Shown one piece after another: positions 20,153 to 29,309 of a stretch of 64,000 nucleotides of DNA; positions within the stretch are counted from its first letter, which is position 1, and each line of letters starts with the position of its first letter. The notes under the pieces were generated by a model. That model ran no database searches. It had not been told where the DNA came from and saw only the letters and a list, made by a program, of their open reading frames with translations. The position numbers were made by a program, and so were the translations under genes. The stretch is taken from the NCBI GenBank assembly GCA_964397195.1, contig CAYNGY010000001.1:269415-333414 (forward strand). Reading direction: 5' to 3'. This DNA is from an uncultured Gammaproteobacteria bacterium (lineage in GTDB: Bacteria > Patescibacteriota > Patescibacteriia > SBBC01 > CAIJZX01).

Positions 20153-20542
20153 TTACGGGTAGTTGCTACCACCGATGACGACGCCCCAGTCGTACTGGTA
20201 GCCGTCGGCATTCGTGGGCCCATTCTTGTCGCCATCGATCGTCAGCTTCTTCGGGCCGACGTGGTACGTGGACGGCGCGATGCCGGCCGCCTCGTACGTG
20301 ATCTCGGTGCCGCCGAAGAACTGCTGCGGACTGCCACGGGATTCGCCGCTGGCCCAGTTGTAGTACTTGGTGCCGTTGATGGCGATGTACGCGAGCGGGA
20401 TGTTCTTGCCGTTGTGGAGCAGACCTTTCTGCTCCTTGATCGGTGACAAGATGCCACCGGGGTCGCATTCACGACACCCGATGCTGAGGAAGGCCGCGAC
20501 AAGAATCGCGACCGCCACGAATATCCTGATCGGATTCTTCAT
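20153..20542 (-). CDS. hypothetical lipoprotein (high-GC)
   Basis: Internal start MKNPIRIFVAVAILVAAFLSIGC (lipobox) with GGAGG SD; the longer ORF would overlap the divergent gene. Confidence 0.6.
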   Translation of the reverse strand: MKNPIRIFVAVAILVAAFLSIGCRECDPGGILSPIKEQKGLLHNGKNIPLAYIAINGTKYYNWASGESRGSPQQFFGGTEITYEAAGIAPSTYHVGPKKLTIDGDKNGPTNADGYQYDWGVVIGGSNYP

Positions 20543-20650
20543 AGAACGTGCCTCCATTCCTACGGTGGGAGCTGTTTCGGGACACTCTGTCCTATCATAA
20601 ATAGCGGGATTTGTCAAGACCCCGCGCCCGAAATGTGATATAATCGGTTC

Positions 20651-21121
20651 ATGGCAGAAGGCCAAATACACACACCAGAACGACCGTCATTTGCCCCACC
20701 GGAAGTTGGGCCGGTTGATATTGAATCCAAGGTCGAGCATCCGACTCCGTCCGTAGATACGACGATGGTGCATGAAGTCGTACCCATCACCCCAATCATC
20801 CCAGTCAATGCTCAGCCGATGATGGATGCGGATGGCACGACGTCGGCGCTAACGAAGCGGGTCGAAGACATCATGGTGGCCGGTCTCGCCGAGACGTATG
20901 CCCAACTTGATCCGGCCACGCAAGCCAAGTTCAAGGCTGAAGGTGAACGCACGGCCGGACTGATTTCTGATATGTTGGCCACGGCTAAGATCCACGTCAA
21001 AAAAATCGTCGATCTGCTCGTCGCCTGGTTACGCATTGTGCCGGGCGTCAATAAATACTTTCTTGAACAAGAGGCAAAAATCAAGGCCGACAAACTGTTG
21101 GCGTTAAAAAAGAAGTCATGA
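20651..21121 (+). CDS. hypothetical protein
   Basis: 156 aa; extended -10 (TGTGATATAAT) just upstream; ATGA-coupled to the next gene. Confidence 0.6.
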   Translation: MAEGQIHTPERPSFAPPEVGPVDIESKVEHPTPSVDTTMVHEVVPITPIIPVNAQPMMDADGTTSALTKRVEDIMVAGLAETYAQLDPATQAKFKAEGERTAGLISDMLATAKIHVKKIVDLLVAWLRIVPGVNKYFLEQEAKIKADKLLALKKKS

Positions 21122-23637
21122 ACCCTGATAGCGCCGAGTTTATCGATTTGAATGCGCGTCCGCTGATGATCAGTCCATGGTGGTGGGTCGCGCTCGCGAC
21201 AGTCGTCGCCTTCGTGATCGCTGTGATCGTAATTCGGTACCTGACTCACAAACTGAATCGAATTCCGCGGGCGATGGAATATGTCGTACTGCTCGTTTTA
21301 CTCCCGCGCGAAACGCTGAAACTCGAACAACAGAATAAAGATTGGCGGGATGTCTTAGCCGGGTTTGAAACGCTCTACCTGACCTTGGCCGGTGTTCGAC
21401 TCGAACATGGCGGGTCTTTCGCCAAAGCCTGGCGCCATTTTTGGTTCGGCCGCCACGATCATCTTTCACTCGAGATCGTTTCGACCAAAGGACAAATTCA
21501 ATTCTACCTCGCTGTGCCACGCGCCGTGCGCCAACTGGTTGAACTTCAGATTCAGGCGCAGTACCCGCAAGCGGACATCGAAGAAGCCGAAGACTACAAT
21601 TTGTTCGCCGCGAACTCAACTATCCGCGGAACGATGCTTCGTCTGACGAAGCCCTTCTTTTTTCCGATCCGGACGTATCGGAAGCTCGATAGCGATCCGC
21701 TCAATGCCATTACGAATGTCCTGAGCAAAGTCCAGCCGCAAGAAGGCGCGGCCATCCAGATTCTCATTCGCCCGAAATCTTCGAACTGGAATAGTCGTGG
21801 TCGGCATATTGCCCGCGCCATGCAAGAAGGGAAAACGCTCGGCGAAGCCATGGGCAAGTCCGGCGGTAATGTGTTACTGGCCTCATTAAAAACCGAAAGC
21901 GATCGGTATAAGCAACCGAAGACGCCGTACGTCACGCCGATGGACCAAGAGCTGATACGGACGATGGAGGAAAAAGCGGGGAAGCCCGGTTTTGATGCCA
22001 ACATCCGCATCGTCACAGCTTCACCACTCGCTCCGAATGCTGACGTCCACCTCGAAAATATCGTCAACGCTTTCAGTCAATTTATCGCCCCAGAGTCGGG
22101 CAATCAATTTCGTCGCACCAGCATCGTCAGCTCGAGTCAACTGATTAGCGATTTTATCTTTCGGCATTTCGAGAATGGACGCCGCCTCGTCTTGACGAGC
22201 GAGGAGCTGAATAGTATCTATCACTTCCCGCTCCCGCAGACTGAGACGCCGAATATTCAATGGCTCGCGGCCAAACAAGCCGCGGCGCCGGTCAATTTGC
22301 CGAGTGACGGAATCACGCTTGGTCATAATGTCTTCCGCGGTCACGACGCCGTGATCAAATTAAAACCGAACGATCGCCGTCGCCATGTCTACGTGATTGG
22401 GACGACCGGATCAGGAAAAACGGTACTGATGCAAGAAATGGCCAAACAGGATATTCGCAATGGCGAAGGCGTTTGTATTGTTGATCCGCACGGGAGTTTT
22501 GTCGACGACGTCTTGCCCTGCATTCCGCCGTCGCGCATGCATGACGTCATTCTGTTTGATCCGTCGGATGTCGATCGGCCGATGGGGCTCAATATGCTCG
22601 AGGCTCGCTCACCGGAAGAGCGTGACTTTGCCGTCCAGGAGATGATTGCCATCTTCATGAAACTGTTCCCGCCGGAAATGATCGGGCCGATGTTTGAACA
22701 CAACATGCGGAACGCGATGTTGACGCTGATGGAAGACGACGAACATCCGGGAACGATTGCGGATATCCCGCGCATGTTCACCGATAAAACATTCCAGCAA
22801 TACAAAATTTCGAAAGTGAAAGACCCGGTCGTTCGGGCGTTCTGGGAGAAAGAGATGGCGAAGACGAGCGATTTCCATAAATCCGAAATGCTCGGCTACC
22901 TAATTTCAAAGGTTGGGCGATTTATTGAGAACTCGATGATGCGTAACATCATCGGACAACCAAAATCAGGGTTCAATTTTCGGGCGGTCATGGACGAACG
23001 CAAAATCTTGTTGGTGAATCTCTCGAAAGGAAAAATTGGCGAAGTCAACGCGGCGCTGCTCGGGCTAATCATCGTTTCGAAATTGCAGATGGCTGCCCTT
23101 GGTCGGGCGAACGTCACCGAACTAAATCGGCCGGATTTCTTCCTCTATATTGATGAGTTCCAAAACTTTATTACCGATTCAATTGCGACAATTCTATCGG
23201 AGGCCCGAAAATATAAATTGAATCTGACCATGGCCCATCAATATATGGGGCAACTCGTCCAGGGCACAGACACGCGAGTGCGGGATGCGGTGCTCGGCAA
23301 CGTGGGGACAATGGTCGCCTTCCGAATTGGTGTCGAAGATGCGGAAGTGCTTGATAAACAATTTGCTCCGACTTTTACGGCTTTCGATTTGGTCAACCAG
23401 CAGCGCTTTACCGCGTACGTTCGTCTCCTAATCGATAATACGGCCGCGCCGCCGTTTCATATGCAGACCTACCCATCCACGATTGGCCAGACGACGGTGG
23501 GTGAGGCGATCAAACAATACTCGCGCCTGCGCTACGGGAAAGGCCGCGCCGTGGTCGAGGCCGAAATTCTTGAGCGGACAAAGTTGGGCACCGTCACCGC
23601 GGGCGCGACGCCACTCCCACCAGAACCGTCTCGCTGA
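21118..23637 (+). CDS. VirD4/TraG/TraD-like type IV coupling protein family ATPase (membrane-anchored)
   Basis: 839 aa, N-terminal TM, Walker A GTTGSGKT, Walker B FLYIDEFQNF, overall T4CP-like architecture. Confidence 0.8.
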   Translation: MNPDSAEFIDLNARPLMISPWWWVALATVVAFVIAVIVIRYLTHKLNRIPRAMEYVVLLVLLPRETLKLEQQNKDWRDVLAGFETLYLTLAGVRLEHGGSFAKAWRHFWFGRHDHLSLEIVSTKGQIQFYLAVPRAVRQLVELQIQAQYPQADIEEAEDYNLFAANSTIRGTMLRLTKPFFFPIRTYRKLDSDPLNAITNVLSKVQPQEGAAIQILIRPKSSNWNSRGRHIARAMQEGKTLGEAMGKSGGNVLLASLKTESDRYKQPKTPYVTPMDQELIRTMEEKAGKPGFDANIRIVTASPLAPNADVHLENIVNAFSQFIAPESGNQFRRTSIVSSSQLISDFIFRHFENGRRLVLTSEELNSIYHFPLPQTETPNIQWLAAKQAAAPVNLPSDGITLGHNVFRGHDAVIKLKPNDRRRHVYVIGTTGSGKTVLMQEMAKQDIRNGEGVCIVDPHGSFVDDVLPCIPPSRMHDVILFDPSDVDRPMGLNMLEARSPEERDFAVQEMIAIFMKLFPPEMIGPMFEHNMRNAMLTLMEDDEHPGTIADIPRMFTDKTFQQYKISKVKDPVVRAFWEKEMAKTSDFHKSEMLGYLISKVGRFIENSMMRNIIGQPKSGFNFRAVMDERKILLVNLSKGKIGEVNAALLGLIIVSKLQMAALGRANVTELNRPDFFLYIDEFQNFITDSIATILSEARKYKLNLTMAHQYMGQLVQGTDTRVRDAVLGNVGTMVAFRIGVEDAEVLDKQFAPTFTAFDLVNQQRFTAYVRLLIDNTAAPPFHMQTYPSTIGQTTVGEAIKQYSRLRYGKGRAVVEAEILERTKLGTVTAGATPLPPEPSR

Positions 23638-24197
23638 TGTCGGTCTGGATTGAGGCCGGTTTGGGCCTGGTCATTTTAGCCATTGTTGGCACAGCGGCCT
23701 GGGCCGGCTGGAAAGCGGCGCCATTTTTTCCGACCGCCGGTCGGGACGTCAATCGACTGCTTGATGTTGCCGGCGTGACGGCCGAAGACACAGTGATAGA
23801 TCTCGGTTGCGGTGATGGACGGATGCTCTTTGCGGCCGCCGCTCGCGGTGCAAGGGCCATCGGCTATGAGATCTCACTCGTGCCGTACCTGGTGGCAAAA
23901 GGGCGATGGTTCTTTTCGCCGGTTCGTTCGCGCGTCCAGGTGCGCTTGAAAAGTTTCTGGCTGGCCGATCTTTCCTCGGCCACCGTGCTGGTGGCGTTTC
24001 TGCTCCCGCGGTCTATGTCCGAGGTCGCCCGTCGGCTCGCTCCGGGTTTACGGCCGGGGACGAAAATTGTTTCATATGCCTTTCCTATTGCCGAGTGGGA
24101 GCCGATCCGTCGCGATAAGCCCGATCCGACCCGTCTGCCCATTTGGGTATATGCCACACCCGTGACTGGCGCTTCGGCCGCCCCTAGCGCGCATTGA
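23637..24197 (+). CDS. class I SAM-dependent methyltransferase (membrane-anchored)
   Basis: 186 aa, motif I VIDLGCGDG; start overlaps the upstream stop. Confidence 0.75.
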   Translation: MSVWIEAGLGLVILAIVGTAAWAGWKAAPFFPTAGRDVNRLLDVAGVTAEDTVIDLGCGDGRMLFAAAARGARAIGYEISLVPYLVAKGRWFFSPVRSRVQVRLKSFWLADLSSATVLVAFLLPRSMSEVARRLAPGLRPGTKIVSYAFPIAEWEPIRRDKPDPTRLPIWVYATPVTGASAAPSAH

Positions 24198-24277
24198 CCA
24201 TCGATTTATGGTGTGATATGCTACGGCCACCTGCCCACCGGTGACCGGTTGGGTGCCACAAAACAAATAGCAAATCT

Positions 24278-24907
24278 ATGGACGACCTCACGAACCAGCT
24301 CCCTGATGACACTACATCCACCACTGACGCAGTGGAGCATCCAACGCATGAATCAGTAGACCCGGCTGCCATCAGCCAGGCATTTGAGGCAATCCAACGT
24401 GAGCTCGACAACCTCAAGGCGATGGTCTACGGACTATCGGCGCCATTATCATTGCCGGATCGAGGCCGTCTCGTCACGACACCGACGCCGGTCGATCGCG
24501 AGGGAGCTCGCGTCATTGAAGGGATTTTTGACGGCCAAAATATGACCGCTCCGGACGGGAAGCAATACTCCGTGCCGGCGAACTACGCCTCCAAATCGAA
24601 GCTCGTCGAGGGCGACACGTTAAAACTCACGATTACCCGGGACGGATCATTTATCTACAAGCAGATTGGACCAATCGAGCGACAGCGTGTGATCGGTCGG
24701 TTGGTGCGCGATGATATGACCGGTGAGTTCCGCGTTGACGCCGCCGGGAAACAATACAAGGCACTCCTCGCATCCATTACGTATTTCAAGGGCGAAGCGG
24801 GTGATGAAGTCGTTATTCTCCTCCCGGAGACCGGCGAAGCGCGCTGGGCGGCGGTCGAGAATATCATCAAAAAGACCTATACTGATTCCGGATTGCTCGG
24901 GATTTAG
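24278..24907 (+). CDS. hypothetical protein
   Basis: 209 aa, acidic N-terminus, no recognizable motif. Confidence 0.55.
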   Translation: MDDLTNQLPDDTTSTTDAVEHPTHESVDPAAISQAFEAIQRELDNLKAMVYGLSAPLSLPDRGRLVTTPTPVDREGARVIEGIFDGQNMTAPDGKQYSVPANYASKSKLVEGDTLKLTITRDGSFIYKQIGPIERQRVIGRLVRDDMTGEFRVDAAGKQYKALLASITYFKGEAGDEVVILLPETGEARWAAVENIIKKTYTDSGLLGI

Positions 24908-24961
24908 GCGGCCTTGCTCGGGGAGCGCCAGTAGCGTACACTGGTGACGCACACGCGTCCC

Positions 24962-26614
24962 ATGGCCGAAACACTTTATCGAAAATACCGTCCCCAGTCG
25001 TTTGCCGATGTTGTCGGCCAGCGGCATATTCGCGTTACGCTTGAGCACGCGCTCCAAACGGACCGGGTTGCCCACGCCTACATGTTTACCGGACCCCGCG
25101 GCGTCGGGAAGACCACGACCGCCAGAATCCTGGCCCGGGCCGTGAATTGCGAGAAGCGTGGGCAGAACATTGAGCCATGTAATGCCTGTCCGTCATGTTT
25201 GGCCATCCTCCACAATCAAACCTTGGATCTGATTGAGATCGACGCGGCCTCGCAAACCGGCGTCGATAACGTTCGTGACAATATTATTCAGGGGGCACGA
25301 ATGGCACCGGTCATCTTGAAGCAGAAGATCTTCATTATTGATGAGGTCCACATGTTGTCGCTGGCGGCATTTAATGCTCTGCTGAAGATTCTCGAAGAAC
25401 CGCCGGCTCATGTCATGTTTATCTTGGCCACAACGGAGATTCACCGTGTCCCGGAAACGATTATCTCGCGGACGCAGCGTTTCGATTTCCAACGAGTTGG
25501 CTTCGATGACACCGTCCAACGTATTATCAGCGTCGCCCGACAAGAAAAGCGGTCGCTTGGTCGCGGAGTGGCTGAACGGATCGCCCGCGCCTCTGGCGGA
25601 AGTTTGCGCGATGCGGAAAGTATTCTCGGTCAAGTTCTGGCCTTCCCGGATACAGATGTGACGATCGAGCTTCTGAATATGATCATGCCGCGGAGCGATC
25701 AAACCACCGTTCTGAATATGATCGAGGCTATTTTACCGGGCCGAGCGGCCGAGGCGATTCAGTATTTTCATCAATTCGTGGCCGATGGTGGCGACGTGAC
25801 GACCTGCGTTCAAGACGTGTTAACAATGACCCGGCACCTGCTTCTTTTAGTAACGGATCCGGATGGCATGCTGAGCGCCATGAAGTCGCTCGATCCGACG
25901 ACATTGGAACGCTTACGACATATGGCCAGCAACGCCGACCAAGAACGGTGTCTCCGTATTATTGATACCTTTACCGAAGCGGTGCGTCAGGTGGCCTACG
26001 CCACCATCGAAGAGTTACCGGTCGAAGTGGCGATTGTCCGTGCCAGTGGCATCGATCAATCGGGGTCAGTACCGGCCACCCTGACTGGCGGCGTGGAACA
26101 GGCCGCACCCACACGAACAATCCCACGTCCAGCCACGCCGAAGAAAGCCGACGCTACTCCTTCCGAGCAGACGCAGCCGATCAAGGCGGCGACGAAACGG
26201 ACAGCCGCCGTCACTCTCGAGCAATTCCAGCAGGCGTGGCGCGCGCTGCAACAATCCTCATCACTCCCGCCGGGCTTAGCCCTCTCGGTCAAGCAGGCGA
26301 GTGTCACCGCTATGAATGGAGAACTTATCGAACTAACCGTGCCATTTGCTCTCCACGCGGATCGTTTAAACAGTGCCAAGAATCTGGAACTCATTCGTCA
26401 GTATATCGCGCCCGAATACGCGGACTACACCTTCCGGGCCCTCGTCGATTCTTCACTCGCTCCGGCCGATTTACCACCGCGCGAAGAGCCGACTATGTCA
26501 GCCACATCAACCGCTAAGCCAGTCACGACCACTCCGGCGCTCGTCGTGTCACCAGTTGCGGTCACGACCGGCGATGAGTTATGGGACAACCTCGTCGCCT
26601 CACTTGATTCATAG
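24962..26614 (+). CDS. dnaX: DNA polymerase III subunit gamma/tau
   Basis: AAA+ clamp-loader motifs (GPRGVGKTT, zinc module CNACPSC, DEVHML), Pro/Thr-rich C-terminus; start chosen at MAETLYRKYRP. Confidence 0.9.
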   Translation: MAETLYRKYRPQSFADVVGQRHIRVTLEHALQTDRVAHAYMFTGPRGVGKTTTARILARAVNCEKRGQNIEPCNACPSCLAILHNQTLDLIEIDAASQTGVDNVRDNIIQGARMAPVILKQKIFIIDEVHMLSLAAFNALLKILEEPPAHVMFILATTEIHRVPETIISRTQRFDFQRVGFDDTVQRIISVARQEKRSLGRGVAERIARASGGSLRDAESILGQVLAFPDTDVTIELLNMIMPRSDQTTVLNMIEAILPGRAAEAIQYFHQFVADGGDVTTCVQDVLTMTRHLLLLVTDPDGMLSAMKSLDPTTLERLRHMASNADQERCLRIIDTFTEAVRQVAYATIEELPVEVAIVRASGIDQSGSVPATLTGGVEQAAPTRTIPRPATPKKADATPSEQTQPIKAATKRTAAVTLEQFQQAWRALQQSSSLPPGLALSVKQASVTAMNGELIELTVPFALHADRLNSAKNLELIRQYIAPEYADYTFRALVDSSLAPADLPPREEPTMSATSTAKPVTTTPALVVSPVAVTTGDELWDNLVASLDS

Positions 26615-26659
26615 CTCATTTCGTGCTAAACTACCCTTAGATTGAGCAACTAACGTCTT

Positions 26660-27151
26660 TTGCCTATGCGCAAAATCTTATCAGGACTCGTCCTCGGCGC
26701 CTTTGTTATTGGTGCTGGATACGGGTTAGTCGGTTTTCAAACTCGGCCCGCGGATGCCACGGGTACAGAAAATGAAAACCACAATGGGAACGTGAACACG
26801 AATACGTCGACAGACGCCGGTCGTGTCGCGTGCGTTCTAGCCGCAGTTGGTCCGCGGGAGACGGCTATTCTCGCCTCATGGAACACCTACAGCGCCGCGA
26901 TCAAAGCCGCCTACGAAAAGCGCGCCACCGATCTCACGGCTGCTTGGAGCATCACTGATAAGAAGGCTCGGAAGACCGCCATCAAAAAAGCGTGGACCGA
27001 TTTCAAATCGAGCCGCAAGATGGCACGAAAAACCTTCAACAACGAGCGCTCAAACACCTGGAAGACATTCGAAAAAGCACGCAAGGCCTGCAACGTCCAA
27101 AGTGAAGGCTTTGGGAGCAGCGACGACGGACAACCAACTCACCGCGACTAA
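26660..27151 (+). CDS. hypothetical secreted protein
   Basis: 163 aa, signal peptide, Lys-rich repeats. Confidence 0.6.
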   Translation: MPMRKILSGLVLGAFVIGAGYGLVGFQTRPADATGTENENHNGNVNTNTSTDAGRVACVLAAVGPRETAILASWNTYSAAIKAAYEKRATDLTAAWSITDKKARKTAIKKAWTDFKSSRKMARKTFNNERSNTWKTFEKARKACNVQSEGFGSSDDGQPTHRD

Positions 27152-27172
27152 CCGTCCGTCCGTGCATCGAAT

Positions 27173-27205
27173 CCCGCTCCGCCTCTGGCGGAGCGGTTTC
27201 GTTTC
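27173..27205 (+). terminator. rho-independent terminator
   Basis: CCCGCTCCGCC-tctg-GCGGAGCGG followed by TTTCGTTTCC. Confidence 0.75.
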
Positions 27206-27207
27206 CG

Positions 27208-27236
27208 TTGACGAAAAAAAGAAAATCTCGTATACT
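27208..27236 (+). promoter_or_regulatory. sigma70-type promoter for tRNA-Gln
   Basis: TTGACG, 17-bp spacer, TATACT about 50 nt upstream of the tRNA. Confidence 0.6.
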
Positions 27237-27290
27237 CCGCTCGCTCGTTTCCGACCTTCACGGCGGAACACTCTATACGGGCACGTATCT

Positions 27291-27364
27291 TCCGGGATCG
27301 TCTAATGGTAGGACTCCAGGTTCTGGACCTGGCTATCTTGGTTCGAATCCAGGTCCCGGAGCCA
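27291..27364 (+). tRNA. tRNA-Gln (anticodon CTG), CCA encoded
   Basis: Cloverleaf folded by hand: 7-bp acceptor TCCGGGA/TCCCGGA, D-arm GTCT/GGAC, anticodon loop TTCTGGA, T-arm CTTGG-TTCGAAT-CCAGG, 3' GCCA. Confidence 0.85.
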
Positions 27365-27503
27365 TGGCGAAAGCGGCCGAACAAGCGTCGGCCGTCTTCG
27401 CCATTGATGGCTTGGCCTGGATTCGAAGGGCAGAAGCGATCCCGAGTTAGCCGAGGGGAGCGATCGGCGAGGTGCCGGTGGCACGTCGCCGCTGCCCAGG
27501 ATC

Positions 27504-27524
27504 GAAATCCAGGTCCCGGAGCCA
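27504..27524 (+). repeat. direct repeat of the tRNA-Gln 3' end (T-arm/acceptor/CCA), att-like
   Basis: 18 nt identical (ATCCAGGTCCCGGAGCCA) plus similar flanking bases 160 bp downstream of the tRNA; does not fold into a second tRNA. Confidence 0.7.
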
Positions 27525-27525
27525 A

Positions 27526-27567
27526 GGGTCTGACGCCCACCAACACGGTGAGTCGCAGACCCTTTTT
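27526..27567 (+). terminator. rho-independent terminator
   Basis: GGGTCTG...CAGACCC stem followed by TTTTT. Confidence 0.65.
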
Positions 27568-27655
27568 GGGCTCACGAGGTCTAGGACAACGACGCACCTC
27601 CGGCCAGGAAAGTTCGATTTTCCCGATGGGTGACGGTGATGTATACTTGCTGTAC

Positions 27656-28282
27656 ATGGAATTCACGTTATCAATAAAAACCGTTTTTGCCGGACTCTCC
27701 ATCGGCATTACCGCGGTTGGTGGCTTCTGGCCATATTTTCGTGACATCTTTCGACGCAAGACCACGCCGCATGCCTACACGTGGTTGATTTGGTCCTTGA
27801 CGCAAGGAACGGCGTTGGTGGGTCTCTGGTATGGCGATGGTGGCTGGGCGGTCATACCGATGCTGGCCGGGACGATCCTTGTTTTTCTTACCTTCCTCCT
27901 GTCGCTCCGTTTCGGTTCAAAAAGTATCACGCGGTTTGATACAATCATTCTCATCGCCGCTCTCGGCGCCATCATCGTCTGGTGGCAACTGCATAATCCA
28001 TGGTTATCTGTGTTGATGGTGACCATGATCGACGTCATTGGCTATGTGCCAAGCTTCCGAAAGACCTATCGCGAACCGTGGTCTGAAACCGTGGTCTCGT
28101 GGCTGATCTTCGCGGTCACGAATCTGTTTTCCATCGCTGCCCTCAGTTCATATAATTTCTACACGCTGACCTATTTGGTGGCCATCACCGTCGCCAATGT
28201 CGTGCTGTTGGCCATCAGCATTCTCCGTCGACGGACGATCCCGTATCCAAACTATGATAGAGTTACACCGAAATATAGCTAA
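27656..28282 (+). CDS. hypothetical polytopic membrane protein
   Basis: About 208 aa from the internal ATG; the longer ORF from 27305 would run through the tRNA and is rejected. Confidence 0.6.
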   Translation: MEFTLSIKTVFAGLSIGITAVGGFWPYFRDIFRRKTTPHAYTWLIWSLTQGTALVGLWYGDGGWAVIPMLAGTILVFLTFLLSLRFGSKSITRFDTIILIAALGAIIVWWQLHNPWLSVLMVTMIDVIGYVPSFRKTYREPWSETVVSWLIFAVTNLFSIAALSSYNFYTLTYLVAITVANVVLLAISILRRRTIPYPNYDRVTPKYS

Positions 28283-28286
28283 CAAT

Positions 28287-29291
28287 ATGAACAAACAGAT
28301 TTTAATTGTCGGTATCTTGATCGCCCTCGGGGCCGGGTGCCAATCAGTGCCTACCGCCAACACCAATGTGGCCAACCAGAACCAACCGGTGATCAACAGT
28401 GTGACTCGGGGCGTGTTTGATACCAGCACGACCGCTACGCAAAACGCTAACAGTGCTCTCAATCAGAATCTGGCGGTGACGAACACCGCCGTGACGAATT
28501 CCTCGCTATTCACCAACACGTCAACCAACACGAACACGGCCGTGGCGAGCACGGTCTCCGTGTTGCCGTTGGCCCAACGAGTCAGCGATAAAGCGTCAAC
28601 GCTCAGTAGTCCGGTGAAGGTGAAGACGATCGACGGGAAGGAATACTTCATGGTCGGCCAGCCAAAAGGGCAAAATAGTAAGGCCATCAAGAAGATTATT
28701 TTTTCGCTGCCGGGTCACGGCTCAACCGCCGAACAAGACTACTCCGCTTGGAAGTCGCAGATTGCATCGCACGATTATGCCCTGGCGAGCCTCAACTGGT
28801 GGCATGGCGGCGGCGAAGCACCAACTGATTACTATGCACCGAGCGATGTATTGACGCAGATCGAAGACTACCTGATACAGCAAGGGTATGACGCTGATGA
28901 TATTGTCATTCTCGAAGGATTTTCTCGGGGCAGTGCCAACACCTACGCCGTGAAATCATACGATCGCATGAACGGCGCTTTGATTATTGACGCGGTCATT
29001 TCCGCGTCAGGAAAATATCAGGCCAGTTTCCCACTTGCTCCACAAGCCCTCGCCACGCCGCTATTATTCAAACGGGTGCCGTGGATTCTCGCCTGCGGTG
29101 GGAAAGACCCAAATCCCTCACGTGATGGGTGCGACGGGATGAACGAGACCAAAACATGGCTAACAAGCCAGGGAGCGGACGTCTTAGCCGTCTTGGAAGA
29201 TCCGGACGGAGACCACGGGGCTTTTCACAAGAGTACACGCAAGTTAGCGAGCCAGGCGCTCGATATACTCGACGCCTACTTTCAACAGTAA
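28287..29291 (+). CDS. lipoprotein, alpha/beta-hydrolase-like
   Basis: Start MNKQILIVGILIALGAGCQS (lipobox); GFSRGS resembles a GxSxG nucleophile elbow. Confidence 0.65.
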   Translation: MNKQILIVGILIALGAGCQSVPTANTNVANQNQPVINSVTRGVFDTSTTATQNANSALNQNLAVTNTAVTNSSLFTNTSTNTNTAVASTVSVLPLAQRVSDKASTLSSPVKVKTIDGKEYFMVGQPKGQNSKAIKKIIFSLPGHGSTAEQDYSAWKSQIASHDYALASLNWWHGGGEAPTDYYAPSDVLTQIEDYLIQQGYDADDIVILEGFSRGSANTYAVKSYDRMNGALIIDAVISASGKYQASFPLAPQALATPLLFKRVPWILACGGKDPNPSRDGCDGMNETKTWLTSQGADVLAVLEDPDGDHGAFHKSTRKLASQALDILDAYFQQ

Positions 29292-29309
29292 CATCACATC
29301 ATCAACACC

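Noticed and set aside
27365-27524. Possible second tRNA gene between the tRNA-Gln and its 3'-end repeat
   Set aside because: The T-arm copy (CCAGG-ATCGAAAT-CCAGG) cannot base-pair. No matching 5' acceptor strand was found. It was treated as a degenerate duplication (att-like scar).
27305-28282. 325-aa ORF annotated from 27305 that would read through the tRNA-Gln, its repeat and a terminator
   Set aside because: The N-terminal 117 codons overlap structural RNA and terminator signals. An internal ATG at 27656 gives a compact membrane protein.
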